Assembly (NCBI GenBank): GCA_027486895.1
Contig: JAIXOE010000028.1
Coordinates: forward strand, 25,437 to 89,436
Length of the DNA stretch: 64,000 nt
Direction of reading: 5' to 3'
Source: Sphingomonadales bacterium
GTDB lineage: Bacteria > Pseudomonadota > Alphaproteobacteria > Sphingomonadales > Sphingomonadaceae
The position numbers and the translations under genes are program-made. This document shows, piece by piece, positions 41,851 through 51,554 of this stretch (within the stretch, counting starts at the first letter, position 1; each line of letters starts with the position of its first letter). The notes under the pieces were generated by a model, which was not told the DNA's origin, ran no database searches, and saw only the letters and a list, made by a program, of their open reading frames with translations.

Positions 41851-43622
41851 TGCCCTTCCTCTTCATGCCGCACAGTGACAACACGGAACATTCCAGCGTG
41901 CATGTGCATAAGCATATGGCAGTGGAACGCCCAGTCGCCCATCGCGTCCGCCGTGAAATCGAATGTCACCTTGGCACCCGGCAGTACGTTGACCACGTTC
42001 TTACGCGGATATCGCCCTTTCTGTCCGTTCACCACTTCGAAGAAATGGCCGTGCAGATGGATCGGGTGCGGCATCATGGTGTGGTTGATGAGGTTCACCC
42101 GCACCCGCTCATTGTGGCGGAACGGCAATGGCTCAGTCTTCTCGCTATATTTTTCGCCGTCCATCGACCACATATAGCGCTCCATATTGGCCGTAAGGTG
42201 GACGTCGATTTCACGCGATGGCGTACGCTGGTCGGGATTAGGTTCAAGCGCGCGGAGCTGGCTAAGCGTCAGCACGCGGTGCGGCACTTTCTCCAAACCG
42301 GTTGGCCGCTCGCTGTTCCGATCCAATGGCATCGGCGCAAGACTGGCTACACCCGGTCCCATCTTCACCTGCGGCGCGACCGACGGGTCACGCATGTTCA
42401 TAGAACTGTGATCCATGCTTCCCATTGCAGCCATTTCTTCCGGCATCATATTGCTATGGTCCATGCCTGCCATGTCGCCGCCACCGCTGCCATGATCCAT
42501 GCCCATGTCTTTCATGGTGAGCAAAGGACGTTCACGAAGCTCGGGTATTGGTGCGGTCATGCCCATTTGCGGAGCCAAAGTTGCGCGGCACTGGCCTGAA
42601 CGGTCAATCGATTCAGCGATAAATGCGTAAGGAATCGCTTCTTTAGGCTCAATGATCACGTCCCACGTTTCGGCAACCGCAATCTGGAACTCGTCGGTTT
42701 CAACAGGCGTTAGCGGCAGCCCATCCGACGCAACAATCGTCATCGGCAGGCCCGGAACGCGAATGTTGAAATTGCTCATCGCCGCTGCATTGATAATGCG
42801 CAGCCGCACCCGCTCGCCGGGTTTAAAAATGCCGGTCCAATTGCCCATGCTGTCATGGCCGTTGATCAGATAGTGATAATAAGCGCCGGTGACATCGGCG
42901 ATGTCGGTCGGGTCCATCAACATCTGGCCCCACATCATGCGTTCGGACAACGGCTGATCTTCGCCTTTGGCAAGGCCAGCAAAGGTCTGTTTACGCTTGT
43001 TGAAATAGCCTGCCTTCTGCTTCTGCTTGGTAAAGTTCACATGCGCGTGCGCGAAACTCCAGTCCGACAACACCAGGACATGTTCACGGTCATAAGCAAT
43101 CGGGTCTTTGCCCGCAGGATCGACGATCAACGCGCCATACATCCCCATCGCTTCCTGCATATGCGAATGGCTGTGATACCAATAGGTGCCGTGCTGCTTC
43201 ATCGGAAATTCGTAAGTGAAGCTCTCGCCGGGGCCGATGCCGGGATAGCTTACGCCGGGAACTCCATCCATGTGGAAAGGAAGCAGCATCCCATGCCAGT
43301 GAACCGACGTATCTTCGTCGAGCGTGTTGCGCACCACGAGCTTTACATTCTGGCCTTCACGCAGGCGAATGAGTGGTCCCGGTAGCGTCCCGTTGATGGT
43401 ATAGGCATGGCCGGTTTTCTTGCCGATCTTGAACGCCGATTGCCCGACGCTGACTTCGATATTATCGCCCGATAACATGCCGGGTTTACCGGCGAGGCTG
43501 TGCAACCCATGCGACCCACTTTTTGCCCAAGCGGGAAATAAAGGCGCAAGCGCCATCCCACCGCTCGCAAGCGCTGCACCGCGCAAAAGGTGTCGGCGAT
43601 CTACCGGAGTTTTCAGGGTCAT
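41847..43622 (-). CDS. copA: Copper resistance multicopper oxidase
   Basis: Tat signal DRRHLLRG; Cu motifs HWHG, WYHSH, HPIHLHGH and HCHMLMHMHAGM; Met-rich insert. Confidence 0.96.
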   Translation of the reverse strand: MTLKTPVDRRHLLRGAALASGGMALAPLFPAWAKSGSHGLHSLAGKPGMLSGDNIEVSVGQSAFKIGKKTGHAYTINGTLPGPLIRLREGQNVKLVVRNTLDEDTSVHWHGMLLPFHMDGVPGVSYPGIGPGESFTYEFPMKQHGTYWYHSHSHMQEAMGMYGALIVDPAGKDPIAYDREHVLVLSDWSFAHAHVNFTKQKQKAGYFNKRKQTFAGLAKGEDQPLSERMMWGQMLMDPTDIADVTGAYYHYLINGHDSMGNWTGIFKPGERVRLRIINAAAMSNFNIRVPGLPMTIVASDGLPLTPVETDEFQIAVAETWDVIIEPKEAIPYAFIAESIDRSGQCRATLAPQMGMTAPIPELRERPLLTMKDMGMDHGSGGGDMAGMDHSNMMPEEMAAMGSMDHSSMNMRDPSVAPQVKMGPGVASLAPMPLDRNSERPTGLEKVPHRVLTLSQLRALEPNPDQRTPSREIDVHLTANMERYMWSMDGEKYSEKTEPLPFRHNERVRVNLINHTMMPHPIHLHGHFFEVVNGQKGRYPRKNVVNVLPGAKVTFDFTADAMGDWAFHCHMLMHMHAGMFRVVTVRHEEEGQ

Positions 43623-43667
43623 AGGGAATCCATATTTAGGTGCTGACCATGATACGCAGGTCAAAGA

Positions 43668-44231
43668 CTAATCCCTCAATAATTCGTTCAAGCTTGCGCG
43701 CGCACGGTAAAGCCGGGTTTCGACGGTTTTCTCGGTAACGCCCAACGCTTCGGCAGCCTCGGCCTGCGACATGCCTTCTATAGCGCGCAGGATGAGCGCT
43801 TCTCGGAGTTTCAAGGGTAAGTAACCGATGGCAGCACTCACGCGGCCCAATTCTGCGCGGTCGCCTGCTTCTGTTTCGGGCGAAGCGCCGTCGCTTGCCA
43901 AGTCGAAGGCGTCTTCGATGGGCTGCGCACGGGTAAAGAAGGAACGCACCGCTCGCCGCCTTGCCCAATCGCGGCATTTGTTGATCGCAATTCGCGAAAT
44001 CCAGAGTTTGAAAGGCCGCTCGCGATCATATCGCTTCAACGCGGCGAAGGCTGAGACGAAACTCTCCTGCGTGACATCGAGCGCCTCTTCGCTATCGCGG
44101 ATTGTGTTGCGAACAAGCCGATATACTGGGTCTCGATAGCGCCGCAGGAACTCGCGATACGCTCGTTCCTGCCCACCGAGTGCGAGTGCCGCCAGCTCGC
44201 CATCGCTACACTGGCCTAAATCGAGGCTCAC
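43668..44231 (-). CDS. ECF sigma factor (CnrH-like)
   Basis: DVTQESFVSAF, WISRIAINKCRD and TVETRLYRAR; last gene of a Y-X-H-like triad. Confidence 0.9.
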   Translation of the reverse strand: MSLDLGQCSDGELAALALGGQERAYREFLRRYRDPVYRLVRNTIRDSEEALDVTQESFVSAFAALKRYDRERPFKLWISRIAINKCRDWARRRAVRSFFTRAQPIEDAFDLASDGASPETEAGDRAELGRVSAAIGYLPLKLREALILRAIEGMSQAEAAEALGVTEKTVETRLYRARASLNELLRD

Positions 44232-44668
44232 CGCGCTTCGGCGGTCAGCGCCTTGACCACGGTCTTGTCAAAGCGCCGCGCTTGGTCGGGATTCATGACA
44301 GCGCGCATCTCGAACAGATGTTCTAGCGTGGATTTTTGCATTTCGCCCATGACATGATGAACATGATCGACCGCCGCCGTAACCTTGGGGCCATAGCCAT
44401 GTTCGGCCTCAATTGCTTCGGCAAGCCGCGCGTTGGCCGCGCGCATGTCAAGCTCCAGCGCCTTCTTTCGCACGGCAAAGCGCGCCTCTATGGCTTCGAT
44501 TTTCGCTTCCTGAGCGGCGTCCAGCTTCAATTCATTGTGCAAAAAGGCATGAAGCTCGCTCTCGCTCTTGCGCGGCTGCTCGCTGAATGTTCGTGCCGCA
44601 TATACTCCCGCTACGGCTGCGATGAAGGCAATCAGCGCAATCAGCCCGATCCGCCACCCCGAACGCAT
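44228..44668 (-). CDS. Periplasmic heavy-metal sensor (CnrX-like)
   Basis: N-terminal TM, HAFLH (H-x3-H) and EHLFEM (H-x3-M), matching the CnrX metal site. Confidence 0.85.
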   Translation of the reverse strand: MRSGWRIGLIALIAFIAAVAGVYAARTFSEQPRKSESELHAFLHNELKLDAAQEAKIEAIEARFAVRKKALELDMRAANARLAEAIEAEHGYGPKVTAAVDHVHHVMGEMQKSTLEHLFEMRAVMNPDQARRFDKTVVKALTAEAR

Positions 44669-44931
44669 CAAAGCAAATCCAGCAAAGTCGATGGCGCGAG
44701 CGCGGTTTCTGCAATCACCAAATCACCACCAGCCGCGCGCGCCGGGGTTGGCAGTATAGAGCCGCCTGCATAGCCGATGCCAAGGGCAACAAACGCAGCA
44801 GCCGACAAGAGCCGCGATGTCGCGCGTGCTTCGCTTTGGCGTTCGGCCAAGCCAGCCAGAACGGCGTCATCAAGCTGCAACAACCTCGCCGGGACCGACA
44901 TTGCCCCTAGCCTTTGCAATAAATCGTCCAT
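44668..44931 (-). CDS. Anti-sigma factor (CnrY-like)
   Basis: 87 aa, single TM, C-terminal LAPSTLL; first gene of the triad. Confidence 0.72.
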   Translation of the reverse strand: MDDLLQRLGAMSVPARLLQLDDAVLAGLAERQSEARATSRLLSAAAFVALGIGYAGGSILPTPARAAGGDLVIAETALAPSTLLDLL

Positions 44932-44960
44932 CGAATGGTCCTCATGTTCTTAGTCCCTCT

Positions 44961-44988
44961 TATACGCAGCGCGGCCCTCTCGCCCTCA
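44961..44988 (-). promoter_or_regulatory. ECF (CnrH-type) promoter for the cnrYXH-like/copAB operon
   Basis: TGAGGG-N16-CGTATA on the minus strand. Confidence 0.7.
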
Positions 44989-44996
44989 AGAAAAAT

Positions 44997-45024
44997 TGAG
45001 GGGCGTTGCCGCGACATGCGTATT
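44997..45024 (+). promoter_or_regulatory. ECF (CnrH-type) promoter for copCD
   Basis: TGAGGG-N16-CGTATT; same spacing as the divergent copy. Confidence 0.7.
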
Positions 45025-45058
45025 GTTACATATGACCCACTGTTTTGGAGATTTCTAA

Positions 45059-45436
45059 ATGCCCCGCAAGTTTCTAGCAATCGCAGCCGCGCTGCTCGTC
45101 GCCTTACCCGGCGCGGCAATGGCGCATGTCAAGCTGACTGCCTCGACACCAACTGCAAACGCCACGGTCACTAAGCCCGTGCGCATCGAGCTCAAATTCA
45201 GCGAAAAGCTGATCGCGCCAACCATCAAGACCGAAGTTATCATGACTGGAATGCCGGGTATGAAGGATCACCCGCCAATGCCGATGCCGCATAATTCGCA
45301 AATGGGCAAAGACGGTAAGTCGATGACGTTGATCCTCAAAAAGGCCCTGCCGTCGGGCAGCTACACCGTAAAATGGTCGGCAGCGGGCGCAGACAGCCAC
45401 CGCATGGGCAGCGAGTTCAGCTTCAAGGTCAAATAG
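45059..45436 (+). CDS. copC: Copper-binding periplasmic protein CopC
   Basis: Signal peptide then HVKL..STP, Met-rich loop, Y.VKW..ADSHRM. Confidence 0.92.
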   Translation: MPRKFLAIAAALLVALPGAAMAHVKLTASTPTANATVTKPVRIELKFSEKLIAPTIKTEVIMTGMPGMKDHPPMPMPHNSQMGKDGKSMTLILKKALPSGSYTVKWSAAGADSHRMGSEFSFKVK

Positions 45437-45439
45437 GGC

Positions 45440-46357
45440 ATGACCGACTGGGGGTTGGTTGCTATTCGGTTCGCGCTTTATGCGGACCTGATGCTGCTCG
45501 TCGGATTGGCGGCGTTTCCGCTCTACAGTCTGACCCAAGCCGAGCGCGACGACCATGCAATTCTGCCACTTGGCGGAAGGCTGGCTTGGCTGGCGGTGGC
45601 GGCATTGCCGCTGTCGGCAGCGGGTTTCGCAGTATCCAGCGCCGCTATGATGGGCGTGCCAGTAAGCGCGCTCGACTTTCCAATGCTGGTGTCGATGGCA
45701 GGCGACACCGAACAAGGCGCGGCATTCCTCGTCAGGATGGCGGCGCTTGTAGCGACTCTCGCCGCGCTCGTCCTGCTGCGACCGTCCCAAACGCCTCGAT
45801 ACGTCGTAGCTATGGTAGGTGGTTCGATTATGCTGGCGACGCTGTTGTGGTCCGGTCACGCCGCCGCCACCGAAGGCGCGCTTGGCACCATCCACCGGAT
45901 CAGCGACATCGCGCATATGATTGCCGCAGCTTTATGGATTGGGGGAATAGCGGCCTTCTGGATTTTGCTCGCTCGCCCCGTGCAAGGCGAGGCGCATGTT
46001 ACACTCGCCGCCCGTTCGCTTGCAAACTTCGCGCGGGTGGGAACGGTGGCAGTCGCAATTATCGTGCTCACCGGCCTGTTCAACGGTTACGCGATTCTGG
46101 GCGCGGACATAACGACGCTGTTCCAATCGACCTACGGCCTCCTGTTGGCGGCCAAGCTCCTGCTATTTGCCGCAATGCTAAGCCCTGCCGCCAACAATCG
46201 TTGGAGATTGACGCCTGCGCTGGAACGCGCGGCGGCAAGCGGCGACTCCGAAGGCGCGTGGACCCGCTTGCGCATCTCGGTCGCGCTGGAAGCCGCTGCC
46301 GGTGCCGCTGTCTTGGCGCTGGTCGCTTGGTTGGGGACGCTCGCGCCAGCAAACTGA
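45440..46357 (+). CDS. copD: Copper homeostasis membrane protein CopD
   Basis: LWSGHAAA, AHMIAAALWIGG, YGLLLAAKLLLF and WLGTLAP. Confidence 0.92.
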   Translation: MTDWGLVAIRFALYADLMLLVGLAAFPLYSLTQAERDDHAILPLGGRLAWLAVAALPLSAAGFAVSSAAMMGVPVSALDFPMLVSMAGDTEQGAAFLVRMAALVATLAALVLLRPSQTPRYVVAMVGGSIMLATLLWSGHAAATEGALGTIHRISDIAHMIAAALWIGGIAAFWILLARPVQGEAHVTLAARSLANFARVGTVAVAIIVLTGLFNGYAILGADITTLFQSTYGLLLAAKLLLFAAMLSPAANNRWRLTPALERAAASGDSEGAWTRLRISVALEAAAGAAVLALVAWLGTLAPAN

Positions 46358-46717
46358 TGCGCCCAAAGTGAAGCGGGACATTCGTGGAATGAAACTTTGC
46401 ATGCGGCGACAACGTCCGGCTCGGGCGCAGATCGCGCCCTCCACTGACTGAATTTGCGCGTGCGTTGGCGAATTTTGTCAATGATAGAGCAAGGTCACCG
46501 CGAACAGCAAAAAATTTTGCCCACTTTGCTCCGCCAAGCGTCACCGTCCATAGTCGGTTCTATTCTTTCATAGCCATCCCTTGTCGTTCGCAGCCCACTG
46601 CCGCTTTTCCTTCGCCTGCGCTCACTGTCCCCAAAAACGCTCTTGCGCGTGCAATTTTCTTTGCCAATTCTCGGCTCATGGGGAGCCAATGACTGTCAAA
46701 GAATGGAACTGCGTCCC

Positions 46718-46924
46718 ATGTCCGAACACGAAAGAATTATCCGCCTCAAGACCGTTTTGTCGCGAACCGGCCTCTCCCGCTCGACGATGTATCGCAAGAT
46801 CGCCGAAGGCACCTTCCCGTGTCAGGTCAGGATCAGTATTCACGGGGCGGGCTGGCGCGAGTCCGCCGTCAACCGCTGGATCGCCGATCCGGTCAGCTTC
46901 CGCAACGAAAGCGCCGTGTCATGA
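46718..46924 (+). CDS. AlpA family phage regulatory protein
   Basis: IIRLKTVLSRTGLSRSTMYRKIAEGTFP..WRES. Confidence 0.9.
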   Translation: MSEHERIIRLKTVLSRTGLSRSTMYRKIAEGTFPCQVRISIHGAGWRESAVNRWIADPVSFRNESAVS

Positions 46925-47115
46925 TTGCGCCGCTTCCTCCCGACCCGATATGCGTGAGGATAAACGACGCTGCTCGCATGATCGGCGTCGGTCGCACCAA
47001 GCTGTATGAGCTGATTGCGACAAACGAGATTGAAGTCGTTAAGCTCGGCAAATCGACGCGCGTTACAACAGCAAGTCTGCGCGCGCTAGTCACGCGGCTT
47101 CGCGCATTGGAGTAG
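46921..47115 (+). CDS. Excisionase-like helix-turn-helix protein
   Basis: VRINDAARMIGVGRTKLYELI; convergent with the integrase. Confidence 0.8.
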   Translation: MIAPLPPDPICVRINDAARMIGVGRTKLYELIATNEIEVVKLGKSTRVTTASLRALVTRLRALE

Positions 47116-48274
47116 CTTCGACTGCCTCTGCGCGGGCCGTGTCGAGATGCGCAGCCCAACGCGCCATCAAGTCGCGGCGCTTTTCGAAAAAGTCGGTGCG
47201 GCGATACGCGGCTTCGACCCGGTTGGGCAGCTTGTGCGCCAGTGCCTTTTCGACGACCTCCTTCGGAAAGGCAGTAGTTTCCGCCGCCCAATCGGTGAAT
47301 GCAGAACGAAAGCCGTGCACGGTCACGCCCGTTATGCCGTCATCTCGCAGCAGCTTGGTCATAGTCATGTCGCTGATCGGCTTTTTACCGCTATTCGAAA
47401 ACACAAGCCCATCGTCGCTAGTTCGCTCATTCCATCGCCTTCGAAGCAACGCCACGACGGGCAATGAGAGCGGCACGATATGTGTCTCGCGGGCCTTCAT
47501 GCGCTCGCCGGGTATCGTCCAGATGGCTTTGTCGAGGTCGAACTCGCTCCACACGGCAAAGCGCGTCTCGTTCGATCTGACTGCGTTATAGATGGTGAAG
47601 CGCAAGGCGTCGCGTCCTGTCGTCGCTGCGGCGGCCGCTAGCCTCGTCATCAGCGCTGGAACGTCAGCATAGGGCATGGCGATGAAGTGCCCGGCCTTTT
47701 CGGTTTGCCGGGGTAGCCCCTTCCGCACGGAGCGCAGAGAAACCTCTCCGGAAATCCATCCTTTGATGTGCGCGAAGTCCAACACCACGCCAATCCGCTG
47801 AAGGATGCGCCGCGCAGTTTCTGGAATTTCTAGCCAGATAGGTGAGAGCACTTCGACGACACACGCGCTGTCCACCTTATCGACCGGCTTTCTACCGATG
47901 CGGGGAAACACATGCCGTTCGAAACCAGATAGCCAGCGAGAATGATGGCCGTCCTTCCATCCATCTCCCAAGGTTTCGTGGCAAGCCCGTGTCGCGGTCT
48001 CGAAGCTGGGTATGATTCTTCGAGCCTTTTGGCGTTCTGCGACGGGGTCAAAGCCATCGCGTACCCGGCGACGCAATTCTGCCGCTGCCATTCGCGCATC
48101 TGCAAGTGGCACGTCATACGCTGACCCCATGCCGTAGTCGCGGCGTTGCCCGTTGAGTTGCATTCTCAAGACCCAAGTGCGCGAACCGCTCGGTTTGACA
48201 ACCAAGCACAGACCCCTGCCATCGACATGGCGACCGGGCTTCGCATTCTTCACTTTTAAAACTGTTAACGCCAT
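47090..48274 (-). CDS. int: P4-like tyrosine integrase
   Basis: N-terminal arm-binding domain (DGRGLCLVVKPSGSRTW), catalytic R (VRSNE), HGFR, LAH and AAYRR. Start moved to ATG 48274. Confidence 0.95.
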   Translation of the reverse strand: MALTVLKVKNAKPGRHVDGRGLCLVVKPSGSRTWVLRMQLNGQRRDYGMGSAYDVPLADARMAAAELRRRVRDGFDPVAERQKARRIIPSFETATRACHETLGDGWKDGHHSRWLSGFERHVFPRIGRKPVDKVDSACVVEVLSPIWLEIPETARRILQRIGVVLDFAHIKGWISGEVSLRSVRKGLPRQTEKAGHFIAMPYADVPALMTRLAAAAATTGRDALRFTIYNAVRSNETRFAVWSEFDLDKAIWTIPGERMKARETHIVPLSLPVVALLRRRWNERTSDDGLVFSNSGKKPISDMTMTKLLRDDGITGVTVHGFRSAFTDWAAETTAFPKEVVEKALAHKLPNRVEAAYRRTDFFEKRRDLMARWAAHLDTARAEAVEATPMREAA

Positions 48275-48328
48275 AAAGTTCGATTCCCTGACAGGAAACC
48301 ATACCGCCAAAACCGGGGGTATTTCGGT

Positions 48329-48349
48329 CCCACAATCTTTCCCACATTT
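48329..48349 (+). repeat. Putative integrase arm-type sites, right end
   Basis: CCCACA-N6-CCCACATTT, matching 21725-21745. Confidence 0.7.
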
Positions 48350-48465
48350 CAGCGAGAATTCAGGCAAATCAGGGCGACCGACCACGAACGACTTACAACA
48401 TAAATCATTGTTTTTACAGTGTGCTTAGAGACGCCTTGAAATCGCTTGACACGAAAGTTATAGCG

Positions 48466-48482
48466 CCTCAGCGTCTACCATT
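48466..48482 (+). repeat. attR core (17-bp direct repeat)
   Basis: CCTCAGCGTCTACCATT, a copy of the tRNA-Lys 3' end. Confidence 0.92.
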
Positions 48483-49155
48483 TTTCTCAATGGTTTAGCG
48501 AATAAAAGACACATAAGAGTCGCGCTGTCTAACATTCCGTCTAACGTTTTGACCGAATTTTTCTTTTCTGCGGAATTGAGAGATTCGCTTAGAATCCGGT
48601 CAATTGAACGCGCTTGATCCGGTCGTTGCGCCTCAGACAGCCATGGCGGACAGCATCTGCGCCGTGTTCGGGTCCGGTAGAATCGACGTCTTCAACGCGG
48701 TTTTGGTCGCGAGCAAGATACGGGACGGTTGACCAAAAATATTCGCAGGATCGGGATACATAACGGCCCAGCACATCTGGCTTGCCAGCGTCAAACCGCA
48801 TTGGGGCGCAAAGCAGACATTGCAATGGGTCCTATAAAAACTGTGTATGGCTGAAGCAGCTGCTTCAAAACATCATCTGCGCCAACTGGTCGATTTGCCC
48901 TTCGACAAACACATCGCGCTCCATGAGCCGATCCACCAGCCGTTCCCGCGACTAGCTTAAATCCGGAATGTTGGTTGAAGCCGATACGTTGCCCGGCATC
49001 ACCGAGACTTTCTATGCGGTAACATTGAAACGGCGTTTTCCAGATCCCGTCGTGCAATCTTTGATTTCAGACGCAAAAGGTGACGTCATCAGGATATAGT
49101 CTCCAAAGCTCACCTCCTATTCCCCAGCGGTCCGAGCAATGGGCGTTAGTATCGC

Positions 49156-49629
49156 TTATTCCAACCCGAGCAGAGCTGCCGCTGCGACTTCGCCATCCTG
49201 CTCTGAACTCCCGCCGCTAACGCCAATCGCACCGACAATCCGGCCATTGATGACGATCGGTGTACCGCCTTCGATGGCAACAACACCCGGAAGGCTCAGA
49301 ACAGCGTTGCGGCCTCCCGCGACGGAATCGGAGAAGGCTTTCGTGCTCCGTTTGAAGCGCGCGGCTGTTCGGGCCTTTTCGCGCGCGACCAGTTCGGATC
49401 CATATTGTGTGCCATCCATCTTGTGGAACAGGACAAGCTCACCGCTTGGTTCGACCACGGCAAAAGCCATTGTAAAATTGCGGGACTGTGCGGACCGTTC
49501 AGCGGCTGCTACAATCGTTTTTGCCTGCTCTAGGGTTATTGGGTTACCATAAGACACCGGCAATTGCTGCGCACCTGCGGAAGCGGTCAAAGCAATCGCG
49601 GCGACAGCAGCCAAAAACATCCGGTTCAT
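49156..49629 (-). CDS. GlcG/HbpS family heme-binding protein
   Basis: Signal peptide, AVVEPSGEL, KARTAA, IEGGTPI..GAIGVSGG..QD. Confidence 0.88.
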   Translation of the reverse strand: MNRMFLAAVAAIALTASAGAQQLPVSYGNPITLEQAKTIVAAAERSAQSRNFTMAFAVVEPSGELVLFHKMDGTQYGSELVAREKARTAARFKRSTKAFSDSVAGGRNAVLSLPGVVAIEGGTPIVINGRIVGAIGVSGGSSEQDGEVAAAALLGLE

Positions 49630-49758
49630 AATTACCTACCCTTTGCAGCGGTTTATAAAGCCGGTGGTAATTGTCAGATATTTTACGCGTGCGCCATCGG
49701 TAAAGTGCAGCTGACATCACAGCAGTTGCGCCATAACAAGGCCGTCCGGCCAGCAGCT

Positions 49759-50010
49759 TCAACCGGCATGTCGTTTCAAATGCTCATGACGGGCGGTGCG
49801 GCAAACACTTACGGGGTCTTCGGCGGCGATAATGTCAGCGATGCTTGCCTGCGACTGCGCAATGAAATCGAGCTGCTGCAACGCGGTGATATGGCTCGTT
49901 ATGACAGCGGGATCCGCGCACAGATGCTGGCCAAGAGCCTCAAGATTTTGGCTCATGCCCCGCAATTCGTGCGCAAGAACGAAAAACAATTGTTGTTGCG
50001 AAGGTGCCAT
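49759..50010 (-). CDS. Small hypothetical protein at the end of the chemotaxis operon
   Basis: 83 aa helical protein (LQQLDFIAQ); start abuts the cheB2 stop. Confidence 0.6.
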   Translation of the reverse strand: MAPSQQQLFFVLAHELRGMSQNLEALGQHLCADPAVITSHITALQQLDFIAQSQASIADIIAAEDPVSVCRTARHEHLKRHAG

Positions 50011-51038
50011 TACGATGTCGTCCCGCTTGCATTCAATAATGTATTTGCGATCGCGCCAAGCGCGACGGAGTGATCAACTGCACCAGCCGCAACAGCAGCG
50101 GCGGGGGCTTCGTAAACCATCGCCGTTGCTTCATCCTGCGCAATGGCAAAGCCGCCAGCGTTACGCAGCGCTTTCAGGCCGGCAGCGCCGTCGCTCCCCA
50201 TGCCAGTCAGAACCGCGCCGATTGTTTCTGTGCCGGTTTTTGCCATCGAGGCAAAAAGCAAACTCGCCGATGGCTTAAAGCCTTGAACGGATTCCTTGTC
50301 GAGGAAACGCAGGCATCCTTCAGGCCATTTGTCGACCACGACATGGGCCAACGGATCGGCCGCAATGTAGACGCAACCTTGCTCCAGCTTCATGCCGTCC
50401 TGCGCCTGTTTCACATCCGCATCGATCTCGCCTTTCAATCGCGTGACCAATGGCTCGATAAAGCGAGGATCGATACGCATGAGTGCAATCGTCGGCGGGC
50501 AATTGGCGGGAAACGATCGCAATATTTCGGATATGGCTTCGATACCGCCGGTCGAGGCGCTCAGCGCGACGAGTTTGCCATCCCAATGATAGGTACCGTT
50601 GAACTTCTGGTCATTAGCCTTTTTGGGCGTTGTAACTTTACCGTTGGCGGCGGCAAGGACAAGCTTGCCAAGCTTCGCAGAAATCTTTGCGAACTCTGCT
50701 GAATTGGAATTTTGCGGCTTGGGAAAACAGTCGACCGCACCGAGTTCGAATGCCTTCATGGAAGTCGCCGCGCCTTTTTGTGTCAATGTCGACAGCATGA
50801 CCACGGGCATGGGATGATTTTCCATGACTTCGGCAAGAAAATCGAGGCCGTTCATGCCGGGCATTTCAACATCGAGCGTCAGCACATTGGGCCGTTCGCT
50901 CAGAATCATCTGGCGCGCCTGATCGGCGCCATTGGCGGTACCAACCACGACAATATCCCTCGTTTGTTCAAGCGCTTCGCTGAACAAAGCACGCATCGTG
51001 ATCGAATCGTCGATCACCAGTACTTTTGCAATCGCCAT
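50010..51038 (-). CDS. cheB: CheB paralog with catalytic His replaced by Arg
   Basis: Receiver domain (TLDVEMP), SASTGG and GMGSDG present; the QHM position reads MRI. Confidence 0.85.
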   Translation of the reverse strand: MAIAKVLVIDDSITMRALFSEALEQTRDIVVVGTANGADQARQMILSERPNVLTLDVEMPGMNGLDFLAEVMENHPMPVVMLSTLTQKGAATSMKAFELGAVDCFPKPQNSNSAEFAKISAKLGKLVLAAANGKVTTPKKANDQKFNGTYHWDGKLVALSASTGGIEAISEILRSFPANCPPTIALMRIDPRFIEPLVTRLKGEIDADVKQAQDGMKLEQGCVYIAADPLAHVVVDKWPEGCLRFLDKESVQGFKPSASLLFASMAKTGTETIGAVLTGMGSDGAAGLKALRNAGGFAIAQDEATAMVYEAPAAAVAAGAVDHSVALGAIANTLLNASGTTS

Positions 51039-51078
51039 TTTATTCTCCGTCTTTCAGATGATATCGCTGAGGCGCGCT

Positions 51079-51528
51079 TCAGGCGGCCTCTGGCAACGCC
51101 AATGGATCAAGGACCAAGGCCAGCTGATCGAGTGCAAGGACCATGACCATTCGATCTTCGATGGAAGCGAGACCAAGAATATATGAAGCCGCGTCTTCTC
51201 CGGCCATATTGGGTGGCGGTTGCAGATCGGCATCTTCAATAGCCACAATGTCATTGACCGCGTCGACGATCAGCCCTTGCAGCTGGTCCTGAATACGCAC
51301 CACAATGATGACATGGCGAACGGATGGTTCGGTCTTTCCCCAGCCAAGACGGGCGCGCAAGTCCATGACCGGCAACACAGTGCCGCGCAGGTTTACGACG
51401 CCCTGCACATGTTCAGCGACGCGCGGCAACGCCGTCGTTGGCGACCAGGCGCGGATTTCACGAATGGCCATGATGTCGATGCCGAAATACTGGTCGTTGA
51501 TTTCGAACGTGATTAATTGTCGGGTCAT
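51079..51528 (-). CDS. cheW: Chemotaxis protein CheW
   Basis: FGIDIMAIREI, GVVNLRGTVLPV and GLIVDAVNDI. Confidence 0.95.
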   Translation of the reverse strand: MTRQLITFEINDQYFGIDIMAIREIRAWSPTTALPRVAEHVQGVVNLRGTVLPVMDLRARLGWGKTEPSVRHVIIVVRIQDQLQGLIVDAVNDIVAIEDADLQPPPNMAGEDAASYILGLASIEDRMVMVLALDQLALVLDPLALPEAA

Positions 51529-51554
51529 GTTTGCTTTCCTGTTCGGGCAGATAT

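Noticed and set aside
45104-46371. ORFs 45104-45916 (-) and 45373-46371 (+)
   Set aside because: Alternate frames overlapping copC/copD, Arg-rich and without motifs.
46358-46717. Replication initiator or origin upstream of alpA
   Set aside because: No ORF with rep motifs and no clear iterons were seen.
48589-49057. Small ORFs 48589-48825 and 48791-49057
   Set aside because: No motifs or convincing SD; treated as decayed sequence.
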